DNA of 55,750 nucleotides from Candidatus Micrarchaeota archaeon (GTDB taxonomy: Archaea; Micrarchaeota; Micrarchaeia; Micrarchaeales; CABMGC01), in contig DAHUYR010000021.1 of NCBI GenBank assembly GCA_027315135.1, positions 1 through 55,750 of the forward strand, written 5' to 3'. Within the stretch, counting starts at the first letter, position 1. Each line of letters opens with the position of its first letter. Made by a program: the position numbers and the translations under genes. Below, piece by piece: positions 8,647 to 16,923 of the stretch. Under the pieces are notes generated by a model. It had not been told where the DNA came from. It made no database searches and saw only the letters and a program-made list of their open reading frames with translations.

Positions 8647-8834
8647 AGGAAACAATTCTAAAAGCAGGCAACAAACTACCAATTTACACGTTCTTCGTAT
8701 TTGTGGAATTTTAGCTACACATGACGAGGAACAGGAAATAACCAAAACGCACCAGAACTACTGTTCAGGTGTGGGTATTTTAAATATACTGTACGCTAAA
8801 ACGTTATAAGTTATCTAATAGTTGGTGTATACGC

Positions 8835-9332
8835 ATGAAAGGAGCATTCTTAGACAAGAAGTCAAAGTTGGCATCAGGTCTTTCAATATTAGCTATTTTT
8901 GGGTTGGTAGCAGGAATAGTATTGGCTACTGGCACTACCGATCTGGTTTCCGCTTCAGTAACAATAAACAGTTATTGTTCATTCACAGTAAGCAATACTG
9001 CAATTGATTTTGGCAGCCTTTTCCCAGGAAATACTATACCGACTGACAATGTCATTACAGTAAGTGACACAGGAAACATTGGATCTAACATACTTACTTC
9101 AGGAAGCAACTGGGCGTTTGCATCAAACACGTTCGGCGTTACTAATACTGTATGGAGTCCAACTTCCGGAACCACCTATGCTTCAGCAACTCCTCTTACA
9201 GGAACTACTACGGATACTAAAATAGTAGTAACCACAACAACTTCAAATGATATATACTATGGTTTAGGAATCCCAGCAGGCGAAGCTCCTGGAACATACT
9301 CTCAAACTATTAACGTAATCTCGAGTTGTTGA
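8835..9332 (+). CDS. Secreted ~120-aa beta-rich domain protein, paralogue of the C-terminal domain of ORF 10258..14082 (candidate filament/pilin-like subunit)
   Basis: Sec-type signal peptide with a likely AxA-type site (LVSA/SV). The mature part aligns with the last ~118 aa of the 1274-aa protein, from CSFT...FG... through WAF..NTFGVTNTVWS to GIPAGEAPGTYSQTINxISSC*. GGTG sits 8 nt before the ATG. Confidence 0.8.
   Translation: MKGAFLDKKSKLASGLSILAIFGLVAGIVLATGTTDLVSASVTINSYCSFTVSNTAIDFGSLFPGNTIPTDNVITVSDTGNIGSNILTSGSNWAFASNTFGVTNTVWSPTSGTTYASATPLTGTTTDTKIVVTTTTSNDIYYGLGIPAGEAPGTYSQTINVISSC
9267..9322. repeat. Inverted repeat arm 1 (3' end of 165-aa gene)
   Basis: ggaatcccagcaggcgaagctcctggaacatactctcaaactat.aac.taatctc recurs as its reverse complement at 10268..10323, with 2 mismatches in 56 nt. 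Confidence 0.9.
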
Positions 9333-9364
9333 CTGATTAAAGCTTACAATACTAACGTGATAAC

Positions 9365-9994
9365 GTGGGCAATAAACTGCTTGTTTCGGTACTTCTACTA
9401 TGTACGTTATCTGTGATGGTGACAGCAGCTAACCAAACAGGAAAACTTGCCACCAATCCAACCTCTAACATTACTTCAAATAAGACAAGCAACCAAACTG
9501 TTGCTCTAGGATCCGGAGGTTTTGGAGAATTTGAAGGTAATCTTGTTTACGTTCTATCATCGGGCTCTTCACATACTGAGTACTGGACACTTGTCAACAA
9601 ATTTGCATATCCTGTAAGTTTCTACATAGTGCCTCCAAATTTCAGTGGTTCACAAGCCCCTCCAACCCTTGTATTCTCAGAGCTTAACGGAACTATACCT
9701 GCGCAGTCTAATCTGACCATAAGCGTTATTGCATATTCTCCATCATGGACAGCATATCTTTTTGACACGAACAGCAGCCACTGGAGCGGCTACGCTACTG
9801 CATATGCGTCAGGCACAGCTACAAATGCTGGCGGAGCGAGCATAGTACTGGGCACTGCAAAACTCATAATGGTGACGTTTAATCCTTCAAACATGCTCCC
9901 AACAATAATAACTGCAGTAGTGATCATAGTAGTAATTGTGGCAGTTTCGTACTATTTGTACAGAAGAAGAAAGAAAAGCAGCAGACGCAGGTAA
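9365..9994 (+). CDS. Signal-peptide protein with Ig-like/beta-sandwich-looking ectodomain, C-terminal TM anchor and poly-basic tail
   Basis: GTG start. N-terminal hydrophobic signal (LLVSVLLLCTLSVMVTA), multiple N-x-S/T sequons, and C-terminal TIITAVVIIVVIVAVSYYLYRRRKKSSRRR. Confidence 0.7.
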   Translation: MGNKLLVSVLLLCTLSVMVTAANQTGKLATNPTSNITSNKTSNQTVALGSGGFGEFEGNLVYVLSSGSSHTEYWTLVNKFAYPVSFYIVPPNFSGSQAPPTLVFSELNGTIPAQSNLTISVIAYSPSWTAYLFDTNSSHWSGYATAYASGTATNAGGASIVLGTAKLIMVTFNPSNMLPTIITAVVIIVVIVAVSYYLYRRRKKSSRRR

Positions 9995-10257
9995 CTAGGA
10001 AGTTGCCAATGCTTCTAAAGTAAGCTTCCAAAGCACTCCTACCTTTCATATATTCCTTCAAATTTTTCTAATTAACTTTATACTTTGCACCTTTTGCCTC
10101 TGTTGTTATGCTCTTAATTACGCTGCATAAGTGACATCTACTCAGAAAAAGAATTTATGGTCTGAGTTCATTCCACACTTGAAAGAGGTGCGATATTGCA
10201 AGCTCTGAAAACATTAAACATGTGCCTGTAAGCATGCAAGATATACGAACATATTCG

Positions 10258-13200
10258 TCAGCATGAAGAGATTATGTTTATAGTTTGAGAGTATGTTCCA
10301 GGAGCTTCGCCTGCTGGGATTCCTATTCCAAAATAAATATCTTTACTGTTCGATGCGCCTAAAGTAACTTCGGTATCGTATTCTGTAGATGTTAATGCAT
10401 TCGCAGTAATATATGGTACGTTTATGGACCATGACCAAACCGTATTTGTGACTCCGAAAGTATTTGTTCCAAATGCCCACGAATTTCCGCTTAGGAGCAC
10501 ATTTGAAGGAGTATTTCCAGTATTTGTTATGAGTATTGCATTTTGTGTTGCAATAACGTTTCCAGGATTTATAAGCCCAAAGTTTATTACAGAGTTACTT
10601 GTTGTAAAAGAACAGGTATTAGAACCAGACACTATTGTAAGTGTTCCGGATTTTATTGAATTTGTTGTTTCTGGGCTGTACGCTGAGTCTGTTACTATTA
10701 CATTTGTTTGCACAGTATTACCCAAATCAGCACTTGGTATTGTCCATGCAAAGCTGTTTGAGGTTCCCGATATTCCTGTAAAGAGCATGTTTGCCACTAG
10801 GTTTCCTGTTACTGTGTTTACTATTAGGTAGTTGGCAGTGTATGTAGGCGTTCCTCCTGTCCATGAAGCTGTAAAGGTTATTGTGTTGCCTGATCCAAGA
10901 CTGGCCGGCAATACTGGAGATGAGATTAGGATTGGAACTGACAAAGCCGGATTTACCGTTACTTCACTGTTTATTGAATTTGTAGTTTGGACATTAGTTT
11001 GGACAATTCCTAAGTAGTAAGTAGAGCATAGTTTAGTTAGAGGATTAATAAGAGTGCATTCTAATACGTATGCATATGAACCATCAGGGGAGATTCCAAC
11101 GTATTGAGGGTCTTTAACTGCCGAGGAAGAATAAGCCTGAGTTATGGTATTAGTCGCTGTATCAATTACATCTATTAGATATGTATTAGAAGATACTGAT
11201 GTTACGTAGGCATAGGTTCCTGAAGGAGCTATGCTCACGCCTGTTGGGTCAAAAGAAACTGTCGTTATTGAACCTGTTACTGCATTTGTGGCTGTATTGA
11301 TTATTGCTACATTAAAATTACCATTATTTGATGCATATGCAAAGGTGCCGGAAGGGGAGAATGATACTGAAGTTGGACTACTGAAGCCGCTGGATATTGA
11401 AGCTGTCACTGAGTTGGTTGCTGTGTCGATAATAGATACGGTGCCGCTATTGTAATTTGCCACGTATGCATATGAGCCGTCAGGGGAGAATGCGACACTG
11501 TATGGAAGATTCAAACCTGTAGTTATTGCTCCAGTTACTGCATTTGTAGCAGTATTTATTATTACTATATTTGTCGGAGCACCTGTGTTAACTACATATG
11601 CATATGTGCCTGAAGGAGCTATACTGACTCCCTCTGGGCTGTTAAAGCCCGCAGTTATTGCGCCTGTTACTGCATTGGTTGCTGTGTTGAGTATTACTAC
11701 ATTGTTGCCAAGAGGATCTGTTACATATGCAAAGGTGCCTGAAGGGGAGAAGGCTAATTGCCGAACATCTTCTGTATCGGACAATGTAGAACCTATGGAA
11801 GGCGAATATATGTTGTTCTCAGTTACAAATATGCAGTAATACGTGTTTGAGGCTGGGCTTACAGAAGAAAATGTTGCAGAAGTTGATGACAGTCCGATTT
11901 CCTGTTCAACTAAAGTGGACTGCTGGTTGCAGGTTGAGGTTGATGAAGAATATAAAGATGCTCCATATGTTGAGGTTCCTCCTAACCATGTGCTGCTGAA
12001 AGTTACAGACTGACCTGAATCTATTGCTGGGTCGGAAGGGCTGATTGTTGGAGTGGTTAAGCCCTGACTTATTCCGAACGTAGATGAATAAATCGAATTG
12101 AATGTTGTTGGGCTTGAATCAGTCACTATCACATTAAACTGTTCAGGCGAATTTGCCACGTCTGCGCTAGTTGTTGTATACGTGAAAGTATTGCTGGTTG
12201 CCGATACTCCTGTAAACAGCATATTTGCCGTTACTGCATCGGTTATGCTGTTTGATACTATCCAATTATAGGTATACGGACCTGTCCCTGTACTTACGGT
12301 AGCAGTACATGAGACTGATTGGCCTGATTGCATAACAGTTGTAGATGGGCAGGTTGATAAGCTTACAGAAGGTATGGGAGGAAGAACGAGTATTGGAGGA
12401 CTTGTGCCATAATTAAACACATATATTTGACCATTCCCTCCATTTCCTCCCACTCCTGCAGAGCCGCTACTACCGCCTGTACCGCCTGAAACAGTTATTC
12501 CTGATGTAGACGGAGCAGTACCTACTCCATTATATGCAAGAAGTACAAATCCACCGCCTGCTCCTCCACCACCTGATGACGAATGCTTTCCACCGCCTCT
12601 TCCACCTGAACCACCGGCAGTACCTGCCGTAGCTCCACCTGTTCCTCCTGTTGTTGCTGCAGTAGCGGTAGTGCCAGCGCCACCACTACCTAAAGCCTGT
12701 ATGGTTCCTGTAGTGATTGAATTAGCCTGTATATATATGCCGTACGCCCCGTCTCCTCCAAGATCTCCTGAACCATCACCACCGCCTCCTCCACCTGCAC
12801 CTGAATCATAGTTTACAAATGGCCCGCCGTACCATGTTTGGATTAGTGAACCTGTAATAGAAGGTAATGTTGGAGTAGAACCTGGAGAACCTGGGACACC
12901 GCCTCCTCCACCTCCTCCACCTCCGCCTCCTGAGCCTGCGTAAGAACTTGTATAGGAACCTCCAGCTCCTCCACTACCTGCTCCTCCATTCGGGCTATGT
13001 CCGGTAGATATTACGCCATTGTTTATAACACTATTACTGCAGAGTATGTCATATCCATCTGTAGTTAGCGTTATCCCTGAGTTAATAGTAAGTGAACCGC
13101 AAACAAGGTCGCTTCCCAGAATAGTACTACTAGATATGACAAGGTTTGTATTTGCAGTTGTGTAGTATACTGTAGGATCGACAGCTGAATAGTTACTGTT

Positions 13201-14082
13201 CCCTTTTGTCTCAAATACTATCTCACTTGATTCGGTGCTTGGTATATTTGAAAAAGATACCAATTTGTTTATTGAAATAGCAGATATGTTTCCACCATCC
13301 TTCAATACACCTCCTACATAAATTTTGTACGAATAGTTAATCCCTGTATTACCGGATATTGAACTTGAAAGGCTAGCGTTAAGATTATAGCTATTAGTAA
13401 GATATACTGCTGATCCAAAGGTTTTATACGGGCTGACAAGCACGTTTTCAACAGGCTCTGACGAATTGATTATAACTCTGCCTAATTTAACCTCAAGATT
13501 CGGAACTGCTTTTGTGATGGAGATATTATATAAGCGAAGTATGCTTCCATTCTGTATATATATTGCATAATGGCTGGACGTACCTGCACCGACATCTCTG
13601 CCTTTATTAGATAGATATCCGTAAGGTATTGTTAGGTTGTAGTCCTCAATCATTACGTTTTGCGCTGCAGGTGCAATACTGCATTTTGAAGAGTTGATTA
13701 GATTCTGAAGCTGCGGCGTGCTTATTGGAACAGTTGAGTTAAGTTCAGAATATAAGTTTCCCGAAAAATTGTTTTCAATATAAACCATGTTATTTTTATA
13801 GTATCTCGATATAGTTTCGTTTAATCCGTAACATAATCCGGATGTTTGGGTAAGTGCTGTCCCATTCGTCAGATTTGTTGCAACTGTGGAGTTAGGTGCT
13901 GAGTTAGTTGAATTTCTGACAGTAATGGTTGAATTATAAGACTGATTTAAGAGTGTATTCGAGGAGCTATTAACAGATGCATATGTATTGTTTGTATAAT
14001 AAGCGTATACAATGAATCCTGGTAGGATAACTATAAGTAAAGATAATATAGCATACTTGAACAGGTTTTTCATTTTATGCAT
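10258..14082 (-). CDS. Giant secreted multidomain surface protein: N-terminal sequon-rich domain, Gly-rich segment, Ig/PKD-like modules, YVTN-type beta-propeller, C-terminal domain shared with ORF 8835..9332
   Basis: It has an N-terminal signal/anchor. The Gly-rich block includes 11 consecutive Gly. Two homologous modules share ANMLFTG(V/I)S..SN.F...SAD..N...NVIVTDS. Six repeats of the type FSPSGTFAYVTD / IAPSGTYAYVVN / FSPDGSYAYVAN, each followed by I(I/L)(D/N)TATN.VT, are YVTN beta-propeller repeats. Confidence 0.85.
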   Translation of the reverse strand: MHKMKNLFKYAILSLLIVILPGFIVYAYYTNNTYASVNSSSNTLLNQSYNSTITVRNSTNSAPNSTVATNLTNGTALTQTSGLCYGLNETISRYYKNNMVYIENNFSGNLYSELNSTVPISTPQLQNLINSSKCSIAPAAQNVMIEDYNLTIPYGYLSNKGRDVGAGTSSHYAIYIQNGSILRLYNISITKAVPNLEVKLGRVIINSSEPVENVLVSPYKTFGSAVYLTNSYNLNASLSSSISGNTGINYSYKIYVGGVLKDGGNISAISINKLVSFSNIPSTESSEIVFETKGNSNYSAVDPTVYYTTANTNLVISSSTILGSDLVCGSLTINSGITLTTDGYDILCSNSVINNGVISTGHSPNGGAGSGGAGGSYTSSYAGSGGGGGGGGGGGVPGSPGSTPTLPSITGSLIQTWYGGPFVNYDSGAGGGGGGDGSGDLGGDGAYGIYIQANSITTGTIQALGSGGAGTTATAATTGGTGGATAGTAGGSGGRGGGKHSSSGGGGAGGGFVLLAYNGVGTAPSTSGITVSGGTGGSSGSAGVGGNGGNGQIYVFNYGTSPPILVLPPIPSVSLSTCPSTTVMQSGQSVSCTATVSTGTGPYTYNWIVSNSITDAVTANMLFTGVSATSNTFTYTTTSADVANSPEQFNVIVTDSSPTTFNSIYSSTFGISQGLTTPTISPSDPAIDSGQSVTFSSTWLGGTSTYGASLYSSSTSTCNQQSTLVEQEIGLSSTSATFSSVSPASNTYYCIFVTENNIYSPSIGSTLSDTEDVRQLAFSPSGTFAYVTDPLGNNVVILNTATNAVTGAITAGFNSPEGVSIAPSGTYAYVVNTGAPTNIVIINTATNAVTGAITTGLNLPYSVAFSPDGSYAYVANYNSGTVSIIDTATNSVTASISSGFSSPTSVSFSPSGTFAYASNNGNFNVAIINTATNAVTGSITTVSFDPTGVSIAPSGTYAYVTSVSSNTYLIDVIDTATNTITQAYSSSAVKDPQYVGISPDGSYAYVLECTLINPLTKLCSTYYLGIVQTNVQTTNSINSEVTVNPALSVPILISSPVLPASLGSGNTITFTASWTGGTPTYTANYLIVNTVTGNLVANMLFTGISGTSNSFAWTIPSADLGNTVQTNVIVTDSAYSPETTNSIKSGTLTIVSGSNTCSFTTSNSVINFGLINPGNVIATQNAILITNTGNTPSNVLLSGNSWAFGTNTFGVTNTVWSWSINVPYITANALTSTEYDTEVTLGASNSKDIYFGIGIPAGEAPGTYSQTINIISSC
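10268..10323. repeat. Inverted repeat arm 2 (3' end of 1274-aa gene)
   Basis: Reverse complement of 9267..9322 (see that entry). Confidence 0.9.
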
Positions 14083-14096
14083 GTAAACTACTTTAT

Positions 14097-14891
14097 TCAG
14101 CCAAAGAGTAATTTGAGCAAAGCCCTAAACAGACTGCGCTTCGGCATCCTTCCTTCAGATGCAGGATTCTCTGTCTTGTACACGTATTTTTCGCTTAGCG
14201 TGTTTGCTGCTTTGGAAAACGGATCTTTAGAATTCAGCATCACTGCAGGTATGTGCTTGGCTATGCTTATCGGAACAAGTTCGGATTCAGGGAACATGCC
14301 GTCTGGTTTCTTGCCATATATGCCACTTATGTCTCGCATCGGTATCTCATAATTCTTATGTTTAACCCTATTGATAATCAGTGAATGCTTAAGGTTGGCC
14401 TTATCATATCTGGCAGCAAGCTTCAGCACGCTTTGAAGAGCAGGGAGATCTGGAGTAGTTAATATAACAGCTTCATCATAGAAACCAGTTAATTCACTGT
14501 CGAATTGCCCTGGGGGAGTGTCTGCGATTACGAAATCATAGCCTGCTTTTATGATGTCGTTCTTGAATAATTGGTAATGTTCTGCATTGGTTAGCAGGCT
14601 CTTCGCGTTAAGCTCACATGGTACAACGTGCATTCCGCTTGGTTCATGGACTACTGTTGCATTTTGTAATTTGGTCCTTCTATAAATGACTGATTGCATG
14701 CCTATATTGACATCTTCAAGTCCGAGATGAAACCCCACGCTAGGATTTGAAAAATCAGTATCGTAAAGTAGTACTTTATAGCCCATAATGGAAAGCAGAG
14801 CAGATAGATTAACGGCAACAGTTGTCTTACCAACGCCACCTTTTTGTGAAGATATCCTGATCAGGTATACACTATCTGACATCACTATCAA
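14097..14891 (-). CDS. MinD/ParA-family P-loop ATPase
   Basis: Deviant Walker A SSQKGGVGKTTVAVNLS, then DTDFSNPS (switch I region) and a Walker B-like DFVIADTPPG. Its 264-aa size is typical of archaeal MinD-like proteins. Confidence 0.85.
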   Translation of the reverse strand: MIVMSDSVYLIRISSQKGGVGKTTVAVNLSALLSIMGYKVLLYDTDFSNPSVGFHLGLEDVNIGMQSVIYRRTKLQNATVVHEPSGMHVVPCELNAKSLLTNAEHYQLFKNDIIKAGYDFVIADTPPGQFDSELTGFYDEAVILTTPDLPALQSVLKLAARYDKANLKHSLIINRVKHKNYEIPMRDISGIYGKKPDGMFPESELVPISIAKHIPAVMLNSKDPFSKAANTLSEKYVYKTENPASEGRMPKRSLFRALLKLLFG

Positions 14892-16923
14892 TCTCGCTCC
14901 GCTTAATTCTATCGCGTAATCTTATTATTCTTTGTCTGTCCTCCGGATCTATCTGATTTACATGCCTAGCCAGTATGGACCGTAAGATTAGGTAAAAAAG
15001 CGTTATTATGATTAGAATTGATAGTGTAAAAAGTACATACTGTCTGTTTGCAAGCATAAACGATATTAGAGGATATGCTGACACCTGCTGTGCAGTATAT
15101 GTGGCTTGGCTCGGTAGTACGATTAATGGCAGTGTTTCATTGTATGATGCACCTGTTGTAGAAACTGCAAGCTGAGCTATAGTTGTACCGGTTGCATTGT
15201 AAGCGTGTATGTTGAAACTATGGCTTACCAATTCATTCGGTGTGGCATTTACATAAGCGATAGGGTTTAATATTTGCAGGTTCTGCCCTCCAGAAAGCAT
15301 GAACTTTATCTGCGCAGCAACGGTTCCGGTATATAACGCAAACACATCTACCGTACCGTTCGCATTCTGATACAAGCTCGGTGCATCTATCCTAACTATT
15401 TTCATTATGCTAGAATTTGATGCTGTTGAAGGCTCATTGAAAACAGTCTGTACATTATCTAATGCCAGAGGGCTCTGTAGTTTGTTTATTGAGTAATAAG
15501 CGTAGAGTGTTTGATTTGGAGGTAGGACCGGAACATTCCATTTTATATTATAACTAAGCTTTGTCATCGATACGTTATTTGGCATGCCGTACGCGCGGAC
15601 ATGCGAGAGGTTTCCTACGAGTAGCGGAATCTGTGCGTATAACGTTGCATTCTTTATTGTCGTATTTTTAAGAGAACTTATAGATATCGTTGCCTGCGCT
15701 GTAGAAAACGAATCGAATGATTGTACCTGCGTGGAGATGGAGACAGGCAGGTTATTAAATTGTATACTCTTGGGGTAGGATACGAATTTGGAATAAGTGG
15801 TTATTTTTACAATCTTTCCAGAAGCAGATATGCCTGTTATGTTCAATGGGATTATGTATGTTCCGCTGGGAATGCCTGAAGAGTTAAATACAAGCTGTAC
15901 GTACTGGGTGCTGTTTTTATATAATGTAATAGTTTTTGAAGAAAAGAGTAACGTATTGGAAAATTCCTGAGGCACGCTCAGATATGCTGTTAGATTATCC
16001 TGCCCAGTAAGCCCTAATATTGATGATACCTGCTGCCCAGAGGTTGTTGTGACATATATCGGCATGGAAGTTATAGATATGCCTGGTATCTGTTTTGTGC
16101 TCTGTAATACTGTTGCGTTTTGGAGATATCCTGCTGAAGCAGTAGGTACTGGCCCTACGGAAGGATGGTTTTGTACTGCGTTTATCACATAAGATACTGA
16201 ATTTGAGACATAATTTTCTGGTACGGTGTTAGAGACATATGAAAGATTTGCTGTTACAGTATATTTGCCAGGAAGTGCAGTAGCATTATTCACTATAACT
16301 ATGGTGTTCTCGCTCTCTGATGGAGATAGTGGGTTTAGTAATTGTGACAGATGATAAACAAGCGTTTTTGTTCCGGAAGACTTGGTTATTGAAAGGTTTA
16401 GAGAGACTGAATTAATAGCATAGTAACCAGAATCTTTTAAGGTAAGATAAACATAGAGAGGGGTATTTAGGTTTGCAGAACTTAAGGAGAGATTAGTTAT
16501 TATAAGACGTGCCGGTGCGAGGAGTTGAAATTCTGAAGTATTCTGATTCTGGAACCCATTGCTGTGCAGGTAAATTTTCGCAGTATAATTGCCTATTGGA
16601 ATGGAGTTCGCCACTATTGCCAGGTTTATAGTCCGAATTATTTGATTCAGGTTGCTAATATTCTGCGAGTAATTTAACACAGTGCTGCCATTTTCAGCAA
16701 GAGAAAAGTAGCCGTTCAAATCAGGTATCCCACATGTTGAAGTGGTCTGTGCTGTATAGTTTATATGTATATTTCCAATGTCAGGATATACTGGCAAGGT
16801 GGATAAATGCAGTGAGTAAGGACAGTTTATTGTGATATTGGCGTATATTAAATTAGAAGACGCATGCAACATCGTAGTACCGAGCAACAGCGCAAGTAAC
16901 ATATATGCTTTTTGAAGACTCAT
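14872..16923 (-). CDS. Sequon-rich secreted protein with C-terminal TM anchor and charged ~40-aa cytoplasmic tail
   Basis: Signal peptide (MLLALLLGTTMLHA), many N-x-S/T sites, a TM (VLFTLSILIIITLFYLIL) and the tail RHVNQIDPEDRQRIIRLRDRIKRSEIDSDVR. Its 3' end overlaps the MinD/ParA start by 20 nt. Confidence 0.75.
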   Translation of the reverse strand: MSLQKAYMLLALLLGTTMLHASSNLIYANITINCPYSLHLSTLPVYPDIGNIHINYTAQTTSTCGIPDLNGYFSLAENGSTVLNYSQNISNLNQIIRTINLAIVANSIPIGNYTAKIYLHSNGFQNQNTSEFQLLAPARLIITNLSLSSANLNTPLYVYLTLKDSGYYAINSVSLNLSITKSSGTKTLVYHLSQLLNPLSPSESENTIVIVNNATALPGKYTVTANLSYVSNTVPENYVSNSVSYVINAVQNHPSVGPVPTASAGYLQNATVLQSTKQIPGISITSMPIYVTTTSGQQVSSILGLTGQDNLTAYLSVPQEFSNTLLFSSKTITLYKNSTQYVQLVFNSSGIPSGTYIIPLNITGISASGKIVKITTYSKFVSYPKSIQFNNLPVSISTQVQSFDSFSTAQATISISSLKNTTIKNATLYAQIPLLVGNLSHVRAYGMPNNVSMTKLSYNIKWNVPVLPPNQTLYAYYSINKLQSPLALDNVQTVFNEPSTASNSSIMKIVRIDAPSLYQNANGTVDVFALYTGTVAAQIKFMLSGGQNLQILNPIAYVNATPNELVSHSFNIHAYNATGTTIAQLAVSTTGASYNETLPLIVLPSQATYTAQQVSAYPLISFMLANRQYVLFTLSILIIITLFYLILRSILARHVNQIDPEDRQRIIRLRDRIKRSEIDSDVR

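Noticed and set aside
8835-8975. A class III (type IV pilin-like) signal peptide on the 165-aa protein
   Set aside because: The N-terminus has MKGAF followed by the charged DKKSK before the hydrophobic core. A conventional VSA/S signal-peptidase-I-type site follows the core. No PibD/PilB/PilC homologues are nearby, so a Sec-type signal is more consistent.
10424-11839. Plus-strand ORFs within the 1274-aa gene (10424..10831, 10832..11017, 11231..11455, 11585..11839)
   Set aside because: They are antisense to a long ORF with clear repeat and domain structure. Their open frames come from the biased Thr/Ser/Asn/Gly codon usage on the coding strand.
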